A DNA stretch of 58,572 nucleotides, counting the filler, from Squatina squatina (taxonomy: Eukaryota): the NCBI GenBank assembly GCA_031763465.1. It is 4 parts of 4 records of this genome, joined end to end, with 100 filler letters (N's around TTAATTAATTAA, not from the genome) between each part and the next. Parts side by side here need not be neighbours in the genome. Positions count along the whole stretch, not along the records: positions 27,609 to 40,757 come from JARFOE010000189.1; positions 40,858 to 58,572 come from JARFOE010000004.1; 2 more parts are not named here. One strand, written 5' to 3'. How positions within the stretch are numbered: the first letter of the stretch is position 1; each line of letters begins with the position of its first letter. The notes under the pieces were generated by a model. The model had not been told where the DNA came from and made no database searches. It worked only from the letters and a program-made list of their open reading frames with translations. Made by a program: the position numbers and the translations under genes. Below, piece by piece: positions 37,050-48,900 of this stretch.

Positions 37050-38010
37050 GGGTTTGGAGTGCATGCACGTAAATCCAGACATTGTGGTAAAGAATGTTGG
37101 TGAGCTGCAGGCACAAGTCACCACATGGAACTATGATATATTGGCAATACAAGAGAGCTAGCTTAAATAAACAGAGGATTGGGAATTTAATATTCCTGGC
37201 TACAAGTTGTTCAGGAAAGATAGGGAAACAAAAAGGGGGTTGAATTATTGATCAAGTAAACTATTAAGCACTGGAAAGGGATGATGTTGTCGAGGGGTCA
37301 ACGACAGTATCTATTTGTTAAGAATTAAGGAACAATAGAGCAGCTATTACACTACTGAGTGTGTATATAGGCCACCACACAGTGAGAAGGAGACAGAGGA
37401 GCAAGTTTGCAGGTAAATTACAGAAAGATGCAAAACTACAGCGTAGTGATAATGGTGGACTTCAATTATCCTAATATAGACTGGGATAGTAACAGTGTAA
37501 AGGGCAAAGAGGAGGAGAAATTCTTGAAATGTGTGCAAGAAAACTTTCTTGATTAGTGTGTTTCCAGCCCAACAAGGATGGAAGCAATGCTGGATCTAGT
37601 TCTGCAGAATGGAGTGGGGCAAGTGGAGCATGTTTCAATCGGGAAGCATTTGGGTAACAGTGATCATAATATAAACAGGTTTAGAATAGTAATGGAAAAG
37701 GACAAGGAACAATCAAGCATAGAAATACTTAACTGGAGGATTAAGTATAATTTCTGTGTTGAAAAGGGATCTGGCCAGGTGGATTGCAACAAAAATTGGT
37801 AGGCAAAACAGTAATTGAACAATGGGGGCCTTCAAAAGTAGGTAGTTTGGGTACAGAGTAGACACATTCCTACGAGGGGGCAAGGAAGGGCATCCAAAGC
37901 TAGAGCTCCAAGAATAATGAAAGATATAGAGGCTAAAATGAGACAGAAAAAGCCTTTATGGCAAGTGTATGGTTCATAATACAGAGGGGTGAAGGGAGAG
38001 TATGATAATA
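37050..38010 (+). mobile_element. CR1-type LINE, APE endonuclease region of ORF2, degenerate
   Basis: WNYDILAI, EFNIPGYKLFRKDR, VYRPP, DFNYPNIDW, MLDLVL and HLGNSDHN endonuclease motifs, with stops. Confidence 0.85.
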
Positions 38011-38682
38011 GTATTTAATAAACATAATTCTGCTGCAGTTATTTTTCTCCCTTTGGCCTGCAGGTTTCTGATGATAGATAAAAAAATAAAATCAGAGGGA
38101 ATAACATTCAAGTCTGGAAGCCTGTTCATGAACTGAGCAATGCCTGGGTGGGAGTAGAGGTGGTGGTTTAGGAATTTTCAGTCAATTCTAAGGCTCCATT
38201 NNNNNNNNNNNNNNNNNNNNNNNNNNNNNNNNNNNNNNNNNNNNNNNNNNNNNNNNNNNNNNNNNNNNNNNNNNNNNNNNNNNNNNNNNNNNNNNNNNNN
38301 GGGTCAGAACACTTTGCTCCCGGGCTGGCGCTCGCGGAGCGCAACTCCTGCCAATGCAGCGCCCCGTTCTGGCGCTCTCCAATTGGGCCCCCCAAAGTGT
38401 GGTGCCTTTAATTGTACACAATATTCATAGACTGGGTGCACTGTTGTTTCTTTCAATATGATTGATAGCTGTTTATTCAGAAGCTAGCTGCTCTGGGAAC
38501 GTGTACTGCAGTCGTTTGTCATTATTTTAATTTCAAACATTGATTATTGGCCACGATATGCCGTCCATTGCATAATACTTCCACTGACTACGTTAGGTGG
38601 GTCGTGTTTGACATTCGAAATATGGCAGTTGAGGGTCACCAGTCATTCGGTGCAACTTATTTGTTTTCTCATGTTCCCACAG

Positions 38683-40532
38683 ATGTGACATTGGCAAGTG
38701 CAGCGCCCCAACATCACATTACACCTTCAATCAAAATCGAGCCACAAGACCATTACAATTCCTACAAACACAGCGGAAATTCCGTGGTTGAGAGTTACAC
38801 GGTGCTGGGAAGCTGCAGACCCTCCAACCCATACAGTCTGGGCAACATCTACCCTTACCATTCCTACTATGCAAGGCCAAGCCTGCCTTCCATTAACAAT
38901 TTTCATCCGCGATACTCATTTTCCTATGGATATTATGGTTATGCAAGTAACCAATTATTTCCCCCCTCATTCCTTAACTACGGCAGCAATGATACGAGAC
39001 CAGGGAGTTTCTCAGGAAACAGCTTTGAGAAGAAGCCTGACGTACAGGAGCTGTGTGCTACTTTCAATCTTGCCCTCAGAAGTAACAGGATTGACTGCTC
39101 CGACCAGGCTACAGAGATGACACCAAAGCAGAATCATCAGCCCATGTTCCAAGGAGGAACAGGATTAGTTTCTCAAACATCGTTATCCACAGCATCTAAT
39201 CTGTCACATCAAACTTGTCGAATACCCGAGGAAGTCAAAAGAGTTTCACAAAATGCAAACAGTATCAACCGGTTTATCAAACAAGAGCCAGAAGACTCTG
39301 TTTCCTATTCTCAATCCTGTCACGGGGTTTCAATGAATGTTCATGCAGTAAGTAATACTTTTTCTGCTCAACAAATGCCATCCAACATAGTGCATCAAGG
39401 AAAGTCATGGGATATGTTTAAAGCAAATGGTAGCTTGATGTCAACTGGAACATCGGGACATGACANNNNNNNNNNNNNNNNNNNNNNNNNNNNNNNNNNN
39501 NNNNNNNNNNNNNNNNNNNNNNNNNNNNNNNNNNNNNNNNNNNNNNNNNNNNNNNNNNNNNNNNNNNNNNNNNNNNNNNNNNNNNNNNNNNNNNNNNNNN
39601 NNNNNNNNNNNNNNNNNNNNNNNNNNNNNNNNNNNNNNNNNNNNNNNNNNNNNNNNNNNNNNNNNNNNNNNNNNNNNNNNNGGGAAACCATCTCCCCACC
39701 TTCCATGTCATCTAATGTGAATCTTAAAGACAAATTATGGGAGCCTGTGAAAATACATAACAACTTGTCAGTGATATCCGGTTCTAGCGTGCAAGATAAA
39801 CCTTGGAATTTTTACAAAATAAATAACAGCAAGCCTTCAGTCTCCAGCCTAAACCTGCACGAGAAAGTGTGGGGTGAAAATGGAACAGTGTTGCCCAGCA
39901 CAACTATGGACGGCAAGCAATGGGATCTTTACAAAGTAAATGAAAATAAGGCAGTATTACATAGTGCAGGTCTGCCGGAGCAGCTCTGGGAACCTTACTG
40001 CATGAATGAAAGCATGGACGACTTGCCTCCCGAGAATGTTAAAGAGGAAGAAGAGGAAGTATGGTCCGACAGCGAACACAATTTTTTGGACGGGAACATC
40101 GGCGGGGTTGCGGTGGCACCGGCTCACGGTTCTATTTTGATCGAGTGCGCCAGAAGGGAGCTCCATGCAACCACTCCGTTAAAAAAGCCGAACCGGTGCC
40201 ACCCCACACGGATATCTCTCGTGTTCTACCAGCATAAGAACTTGAACGAGCCGAACCATGGCCTAGCTCTCTGGGAAGCCAAGATGAAAATCCTTGCGGA
40301 AAGGGCGAAGCAAAGGCAGGAGGAAGCGGCGAGACTGGGCCTGCCTCTGGTGAACACCAAGCTTCTCGGGAAGAAACGGAAGTGGGGCAGCGCGCCGACT
40401 GCAGACACTGAACACGACAAAAAAGACTACTTTCCCACGCGTCAGGCAATGACCATCACCACAAACACTGTTATCACTGTGTCTTCATATGCCTATACCC
40501 AGGTAACAGGACCCTACAACCGCTGGATTTGA
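38683..40532 (+). CDS. TET3: TET3 last coding exon: low-complexity insert and C-terminal DSBH half, ending [12 protein letters not shown]
   Basis: CCCACAG acceptor at 38681-38682. Contains [36 protein letters not shown] (Fe-binding His) and [12 protein letters not shown] (2-OG-binding Arg). The ORF-track start at 38547 is intronic read-through. Confidence 0.96.
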
Positions 40533-40757
40533 GATATATATAACATTGTGGCCATTTTACCTCACTACAGCAGCTGTTTCTGTTGCTGGTTGCGGTGCTT
40601 TCCTCTGATGAATATACTGTAGAGGGGAAATTCCACTCAAGTGCAAATCATCTCGAAAAGCTGCACTCTGAGCAACGAATTTTGATTACAATTGAAAAAA
40701 AAAATTTCCTGGTTTTAGTAATCTCATTTATATATCTACATGTTTTTTGAACTTATA

Positions 40758-40857
40758 NNNNNNNNNNNNNNNNNNNNNNNNNNNNNNNNNNNNNNNNNNN
40801 NTTAATTAATTAANNNNNNNNNNNNNNNNNNNNNNNNNNNNNNNNNNNNNNNNNNNN
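40758..40857. other. Artificial concatenation spacer
   Basis: 44 N + TTAATTAATTAA (40802-40813) + 44 N. Confidence 0.95.
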
Positions 40858-41346
40858 GCCAGCCAGCTGTCTGCCCTAAACAAGCACCCAGAGACAGCTA
40901 GCCAGCTTTGCGCCAACAAAGATTGATTGACCCAGAAGCCACTAGGCCTGCACTCAGATAAGTTGAGCATGGTTTGGGGGAGCTCGGGTGTGTTCTGTCG
41001 GTGGTGGGGGGAAGGTGGGGGATGCTGGTGCCGGGGAGGGAGGTGGGGTGTTGGACTGGCAGGTAGGGGGCGGCAGCCAGAGGTGGGAGCGGCCAAACTT
41101 TCTTTGTGGAGCCCAGAGGAGCCCTCCGCTCTTCCTGGCTCCGCACCTGACTGGGCCCTGCTGGGCATCTGCCAGTTTTTACTGAGCAGAGTATCCACTC
41201 CATTCATTAAAATTGCTTCGTGATAGAACTCCTATTTGCACATAGTTATAAGTTAGGCAGGTGCCTCAACTGCCCAAGTAAACAGTGGCATTAAGATGAC
41301 CGCAGCGCCCAGTTTGTGCCAATTGGAGAGAGTTAAATTTACCCCT
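40858..41346. mobile_element. GC-rich non-autonomous element end (Harbinger-type MITE)
   Basis: GC-rich block ending AAATTTACCCC followed by TAT, like the right end of the 147-456 element. Confidence 0.4.
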
Positions 41347-42166
41347 ATAGTTCAGAAAAACTCCAACCAATGAAAGGATACATGTAGTATTCCCTTGTAC
41401 TTACCAGCCCCAAATTTAATTATTCTTTTCCAAAAATCATCCAAACTGGCCAAAACCACTTAAATCGATTTGATTTGTTTGAGCACCTCTGCTCAATACC
41501 ATATCTTCCCTCATATTTTCTCCTCCAAAAGCCTAACTACATCATGTATTTACAGGAAATAATATTTATCGATACTATCTAATGGGAATAAAGTATTTTC
41601 GAGCTGCAAATAATACTCAGCATTCAAAGGGTTAGTAACTGTTCTGTTGTTGAATAATAAATTTTCAATGTAGTCTCTGTGAAATGCAGTGTAATGTAAT
41701 GTCCATTGAATTGAAGTGTTTCTTTGATTTAACGGTAATGAATACAGATAAATCAGTCTTTGTTCTCTTACATTACTTGAGATGTGGAGAGCATAAGAAG
41801 CTAACTCTCATTATTCTATCATTTTCTATCAGCCAGCATTTTCCGGTTATGGTGAAGTGGTTCTGCATAATTGCCTGGGATCCCTGACATTTCTTACAAG
41901 GCACGATTTGAATCCTATTTGTAGTTTCCTAAAAGATGCACCTGCACCACAAATAATTGGAATCAAAAGCTTATATTGATTATATATACTGTATTCTGTG
42001 CTTCATAATTGCTTTAGACTGTAGATCTTTGGATGAATTTTACAATCCCTGAAACTGTTCTATCCTTCTGTGCTGTTAAGCACTTCTCACTTGCTAAGCC
42101 CCTCACCTAGCAGCCTAGTTGAGACCACAAGCAAAGAGGTGAGAGGTACAACATACTGCAAAGCCT

Positions 42167-42710
42167 TGGGGCAGCCAATTCGTCCTTTTTTTCGGGTGTT
42201 AAATTAGCACTAAATTGACGTTAATGGCCTAACGCCGATTTTGGGCGCTAACTTTAGCAATGGACAATTCGGGTGTCATTAANNNNNNNNNNNNNNNNNN
42301 NNNNNNNNNNNNNNNNNNNNNNNNNNNNNNNNNNNNNNNNNNNNNNNNNNNNNNNNNNNNNNNNNNNNNNNNNNNNNNNNNNGCAGAAAGCCCCCCTCCC
42401 CCGCTTGCTGGCACGCACTCTGGCGTGCAGGCACATTCTTTAGTCTTCTCCTTGGTACCTGATGGTCCAGTGGGCCCTGGATCCCTTGCATGCTGGCAAG
42501 CCTGCGGCCTTTGCCTTTAAGGCAGGGGGTGAGGCCATGGTATGCACATGCAGGAAGTGGCGCTAATTTAGCGTTGCCATATTACGCTGACCCGGCACAG
42601 TGACTAAATCACCAAGGTCGCATCATGTGCATTGCTGCTGGCACAACGCACGTCCGGCTGTAGGGCCCAGAATGCTGCAGCCCGTTTCATTGCAGCCAAA
42701 TTGGGGCCCC
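42167..42710. mobile_element. GC-rich MITE-like element spanning a gap
   Basis: Ends GGGGCAGCCAATT and AATTGGGGCCCC form imperfect inverted repeats. Confidence 0.45.
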
Positions 42711-43530
42711 ATTAAACCTAAGTTGATTAGAATATTTTGTTCAAGTACATCTTCATAGCTTACATACTTTCAGTCTGTGTAATATGATCAAATCATTTTA
42801 CACACAGGCGCATTTACACATTTAATCTTAAAGTTAACGCAGTTTTCATTCTGCTTTGAACATTATTATTTCACTTGTTCCTCATTCTTTGTCAGTTTTT
42901 TTTTTGCACACACAATTCCCTACAGTTTTTATTCCATGCTTTGTAAAATCAATTATCAATTATTTTCAGTTTGTTTTACAAATAAAACATTTTTTATGAC
43001 GAAGATGAAGCATGGTGATGAGGAATTAGTGTAGATATGTGCAGTTTATAGTAAAAGAGAGCATATGCCTAGCTAATATATAAAATAAAATGTAGAATGC
43101 TCCCTTTTTAGCTAGGACAAAACATCAAAGCTTTATTTGTCAGTGATGTTTTCAAAGGTAATGTAACCTTCAATACTTCACAGTGACATCACTGTAAGCC
43201 GACATCCACTTTCTTCTTCTTAGTCCTTGCAGTATTTCACTCATATTCCGCTAGTCATTTTATTCACAATTTATTCTGTGGAAGTCAGGTGGTTGACTTC
43301 AGAGGACTTGAACTCACTGATGCAGCTATACCTTCATCTTTGTGAAGCCACTTGATTTGACTCCATGACCAAAAGTCAATTTAGTCAGCCAAGTACTGTT
43401 AAAATAAACATTTTATAATACAAATTTAAATATGTTTTCAAACCATTTACATTGTCTATTCTTTTCCATTCTCTCTTCCTCCCCTATTTTCTCTTCCATA
43501 CTCCCTATTTTTGCCTGTACTTTACAATTC

Positions 43531-44187
43531 TTATGTCCTAACTATTGTATTTTAGCTTCTGTGTAACTTTTTATTGTTCATTTTGAGTTTAATTAATGAC
43601 CTTCCCCTCACTTACTCAATCGCTATAATCCTGCTGCTCCTTATGGACCGAGGACCCACATAAGTTCCTGATTGACGATAAGCAGGTTCCAAATGTCATG
43701 AACATTTGAGTCAGATCATTGGGTGACCAGGACAAATGTTAACGCTCTTTACAGGCTTAAGTTCGAAGGCATGATTGCTCAAAGAGCTAACTTATTGATG
43801 TTGCTGGCAACTGAGTAACACCAATACAAGTTTTCTCCTTGGAGATGTTTAATAGGCTAAAATAATCTGCTCTGATTTCTAATAAAATATTCTTGAGATG
43901 CATCCCCATCTGCAATTAAGCCTTGTTGATGAATTCACAACTGATACTTTTACTAAATGCTCAACATATGTTCAGTATTCGCAAGAATGTAAGAGCAAGA
44001 AAAGGCTATTCAACGTGTTCCAATGACCCAGTCCACTTCAGTTATGTCCTAACTATTATATTTTATCTTCAATGTAATGTTTTATTGTTCATTTTGTGTT
44101 TAATCAATAACCTTCACCTCACTTACTCAATCTCTACCATTCTACTGCTGCTTATTAGCACCTGTTCCTGATTGACGGTAAACAGGT
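43531..44187 (+). repeat. Diverged direct duplication of about 150 bp (43531-43687 and 44042-44187)
   Basis: Shared TTATGTCCTAACTATT, CCTCACTTACTCAATC and GTTCCTGATTGACG anchors in the same order. Confidence 0.8.
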
Positions 44188-44511
44188 CTACTGTAGCACC
44201 CACAATGATTATTGTGTATCTCACTTCTAGCCCATATCTCTTTGCCTGTCAGTGAGCCAAGAATTTTACACTGGGCTGCTAAGGGTATGATGCTACTTGG
44301 AGGATGGTGTTTTGGTGACACTATTGTGATAGGTTTACACAACAGCGTTCATTCTATTCGACTGTAGCCAGAGCATCTCCAGTAATGTCTTCCATTCTTG
44401 CCCACGCACCTTTACCTCCAGAATTCCTCAAGGTGCTATCCTTGGCCCCGTTCTCTTTCAAATTAACATGCTGTCCCTTGATGACATCATCTGTAGACAC
44501 GGGGGTTGGAA

Positions 44512-44730
44512 TTCAAAAGTGAGCAAGTGATGCCTCAGCTGTACAGAGCCTTGGTCAGACTCCACCCTGAGTACTCCGACTCCACCCTGAGTACTGCGTT
44601 CAGTTTTGGGCACCAAAAACTCAGGAAAGGTATATTAGAAACATAGAAACATAGAAAATAGGTGCAGGAGTAGGCCATTCGGCCCTTCGAGACTGCACCG
44701 TCATTCAATACGATCATGGCTACTCTTTCA
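44512..44730. mobile_element. CR1 fragment (+) abutting a CR1-type tail (-), with a 20-bp tandem duplication
   Basis: CR1 remnant LYRALVR...EYCVQFWAP. GACTCCACCCTGAGTACT(CC/GC) occurs twice at 44558-44597. A reverse tail with (CATAGAAA)2 starts at about 44635. Confidence 0.7.
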
Positions 44731-45584
44731 NNNNNNNNNNNNNNNNNNNNNNNNNNNNNNNNNNNNNNNNNNNNNNNNNNNNNNNNNNNNNNNNNNNNNN
44801 NNNNNNNNNNNNNNNNNNNNNNNNNNNNNNAATGCATTTCTACTTCTTTGTTTATTGTTTTATGCTTGCTGGTCCTTGTTTGGGATTGGGACTGAGAAAT
44901 GTACAGTACTTGCTTTGAACTAATGTCTGCTCTGCATGGTGTAGATGCAGAAAGCCTAGGAAGGAGCCCCATGCTCCTTGATAACATCCAAGAATTACAC
45001 AGTAAGGAGATTTTCTGGGTCTGCCTGGGTGCACTAAATCACCTGGGCACAGAAATTCAGGCAATCAGAGCAGAATTCTGCAAAGAAACGCACCCAAAAG
45101 TGAAGAAAACTTTTAAGGAAATTGTTCTCTATGGGTGCTAAGAGAGCAGAGGTGATTTAAAAACTGTTTTCTTAAGCAAAGATAAATGGAAATTATATTT
45201 TTTCTTTTCCTTGTTTTTATGAGATTTCTCCCTCTCTTTTTACATTGCTCCTGCTCCATTCCCCAACCACAATGTCTATCCCAATCCTGCAATGCTGCTG
45301 AAGTCTCACTCTCCAGTTTTCCTTCTCTCACTGCGGGGAAGGATTTCACCTGCCTTTGCTGCCAACCCAAACAGCTCAGCAAAGATTCAAAAATTGTCAC
45401 ATCAGGGAATCATAGTGTCATTTGTTTTCCAAACAATTTCTGGTGCAGCATCCTCTCCTCCACATCTGTCTTCTTTCCTCCAACATGAGTTCAGGTACTC
45501 AAGTTTGTGTGTGCTGAATTGGGGTGTGCCATTTTTATGTATCTTTTGCTTGTGCCAGTTAGAGAGTCAACATAATGTACTCTC

Positions 45585-45930
45585 ACTGATAAGTCTCAGC
45601 TTGCTCGGTTGAAAGCTTGCTTGCTTCTGAGTTAGAAGTTAATGGATTCAAACCCCACGACAGACCTGAGTACATAATCTGAACTGTACCAAGAGAGTGC
45701 TGTGTTGTTGAATCTGTTCGGGTAGACATAAAAGTACCCAGAGCAGTACTTGAAGAAGGATAGGGTGCTGTTCTGTCCGATCTTCTTCCACTAAAGATAG
45801 ATTATCTAATTGATTTGTATTTTGTGGGAAATTGCTGCTGAATTTGCACTTCAAAAAAGCATAATTCATTCATTGTGAAAGACTTTGGGACAACCTGAGG
45901 ATGCAAATCTGTGCTAAATAAATGCATGTT
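45585..45930 (+). mobile_element. DeuSINE/SacSINE1-like SINE, degenerate
   Basis: tRNA-like head (GGATTCAAACCCC) and tail CACTTCAAAA...CTTTGGGACA...TAAATGCA, as in the other copies. Confidence 0.55.
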
Positions 45931-48900
45931 TTTTTTAACTTTTCCCAGCTGTAAAGATTAATGACAGCAAGCCTGTTTCTTTTCCCCTTCCTTAGTCTTT
46001 TTGAGTCTGATGCTATGGGGATAGAAAATATGAAATACAAAGCAACAGAATACACACTTCCACCATCAAGGCTGTGCTTTTCTTTTACAGCTACTGTTGA
46101 TTCCAGCCCCAGCCACTGCCATTAGAACCTGCATGTACACTAGTACATGATGCTCCTGATTGACCAGCAATGCTGTTTTGATTTATTAGATGATTTAAGA
46201 AACTGTTTGGTTACTGATGGCTTTCTTTCTCATAGGAAATTCAAATGGTTACATATGGTCCAAGATAAAGGAATGTTATGGAATTAGTTATCCCACAGCA
46301 TTATTTCCATTTTTTTCTAGTAAATTTGAATTGCTGCCCCTAATTTAGTTTTGAATATTGTCAAGTACAGTAAAAGTTTTTAAGAGCACCTCAGCGAGGA
46401 AATAGAGTATTCTATCACTTCCAGATAGTCTCTAAAAGATTAATTATTTGGTTACCTGTATTATGGTGCATGCATTGGTTTGAGCCAAACTGAGTTTATA
46501 TTGCTGTCAAAATAAAGGTGGGGCACATGGCACTCGCACCATTTCCACATAAATCACAGCAGTGTCAGGTGAGGGGCAGATGTGTGGTTAATCTCAAAAA
46601 TCCAAAAGTTGGTATCTGAGTTGCAACCCTCCACCGTTAGCTTCGCAAAAATGGCATCTCGCCCTTAACCTCACCATGTGTTTAATGAAGTTGCTGTACT
46701 TGCACATTAATTGTCCATTAAACTAATTAATAGTGCAAGTACCCTTATAACGAGGTGATAATTGTTAATAACTGCCAATCAACCACGCTGGCCCAGGAAA
46801 GTGAACAATTAAAAATGCAGGCCGGAATTTTGTAGGAGCTCAGCGGGCATGATCAGTGGCGGGTCAGGTGGGAAAGTGTTTTTTTTTTCCACAGCAGGTC
46901 AGGACTGTTAAGCTGGGAGATGAATGGCCATTGAATCAGCTGACAACTTGACAGCTTGAAATGTGCTATAAAGCCTCCCACCTCACAGCTCTTCACTTTC
47001 CAAGCTCAGAAGCTGTTTCTTACTGNNNNNNNNNNNNNNNNNNNNNNNNNNNNNNNNNNNNNNNNNNNNNNNNNNNNNNNNNNNNNNNNNNNNNNNNNNN
47101 NNNNNNNNNNNNNNNNNNNNNNNNNTAATTGCTAATACTGGTCCCTCTTTGCTTAATGTGCAGAACTTGCCTGTTGTTCTATTTAACCATGGTTAAATGC
47201 AATGCTGTGCTGACACACGGGGTTGCGAATCAACATAAATTCACCCAAGGTTACATCAAGGCCAGCAATACATTTGAGGAAAACAAGAAACTGCCTTGGC
47301 ACAGTTATTTATAAATAATAATTATTTTTCAGAGCCTCTGGTGCAGTGCAGCACCCATCATAAAAATGCAGCCTGTAGCTTCAATAGGCAGGATTCAAAC
47401 ACAGCAAAAACATGAGGTTAGGTTTCCTCAATGTGCTTAAATCCCCAAGTAAAGGTGGCAGTTCCCTAGTGGATCTTAATGATAACAAATCATTTGCTGC
47501 AACTAATCACTTGCCCTACTCATTTGCTTTGTGTGCTTCTGCACAGCAGTTTCCATTACCTACCTGCTCTACTGCTTCTCCACCAGTGAGAAAAATTTCA
47601 GTCAAAGTATAAAGCAGTTTCAAAAATCTAGAGATGCACTGATATTTTTAGAAGATAAATGTTCATTTATATTTTCATTTTAAATTGATTCGCAGAAAGC
47701 CAAATAGGGAAGGGGAAAGCTGGTAAATGGGAAGGTAAAGAGTGGTTGGGATTTGGAAGGAGGTTTTTCTTTCTTCCTAGGATAAGTAGCAGCACAATGG
47801 GACAAAATGTATCGTGATTCCCTGAAACTGGAATGTTACTCAAGGTGCACTTCAGCGTATGTAAAGCAGTTTGGAAGGAACATTGCTGCAATAGTGGCAG
47901 TATAAATCAAAAGATTACAAGCAACCATGAAGCTCACTTCAAGATGGCGGCAGCTTGAGTTTCACTCAGCCTCCGTTTAGATGGAGGGAATTGGCCACTT
48001 GTGAATATTACTGAATGAGTGTTGTCACACCAGTTTTTAAAATTTGTTACATGACTCTGGTTTTGGAAAAGTGAAAAGGAATGTAANNNNNNNNNNNNNN
48101 NNNNNNNNNNNNNNNNNNNNNNNNNNNNNNNNNNNNNNNNNNNNNNNNNNNNNNNNNNNNNNNNNNNNNNNNNNNNNNNNNNNNNNAACCCCCACCCCCC
48201 CCCCCCCATATGGCCACTTGTGATCTACATTGGCTCATTGTGTATCAATGTATTAAATTTCAAATCTCTCATCCCAGCCTTCAAATTCCTCCATGACTTG
48301 GCCCCATTTTAACTTTACAATTGCCTTCAGCTTTGTATTCCCTTGCACACTCTTCAGTTTTGTATATATCTCCCTTCTCACAAATGGTAGCAGTGTCTCA
48401 GACCTATTCTCTGGAACTCTCTTCCTAAACCCCTTCACTTTTTCACTTCTTCCTTTCAAAATATTTCAAACCCAACACTTTTCACCAAACTTTTGGTCGG
48501 CTGTTCTAATCTCTCCTTCGATGGTTCAGTGTCCGTTTTATAAAATACTTCTGTTTGTGAAGCACCTGGTATTAAATTGTTGTAAGTAAAATGAATAAGA
48601 ATGGCATGACTGAAATAGCGTAGCATTCTCCACCTATACCTGGACAGAAGCTTGGTAAAATGGTTATTCAGTATCTTTTTATATAAAGATGCAGAAATGC
48701 TGAACTAGCTCAAATTTAGAAGGTCAAGAACCGAGGTCAGAAGCACAGTAACCGGTAGCGACCCACCTTTGGTTGAAGAACAGTGAATTTTTAAAACTGC
48801 AGGCTGAAATTTTAAGCTTTTTAAAGATGTAAGCAACATCTTGTATTGAAGTAGGCATACTCCACTAAAGTCTTGACATGTATTCCAGGCAGCAGATGTT

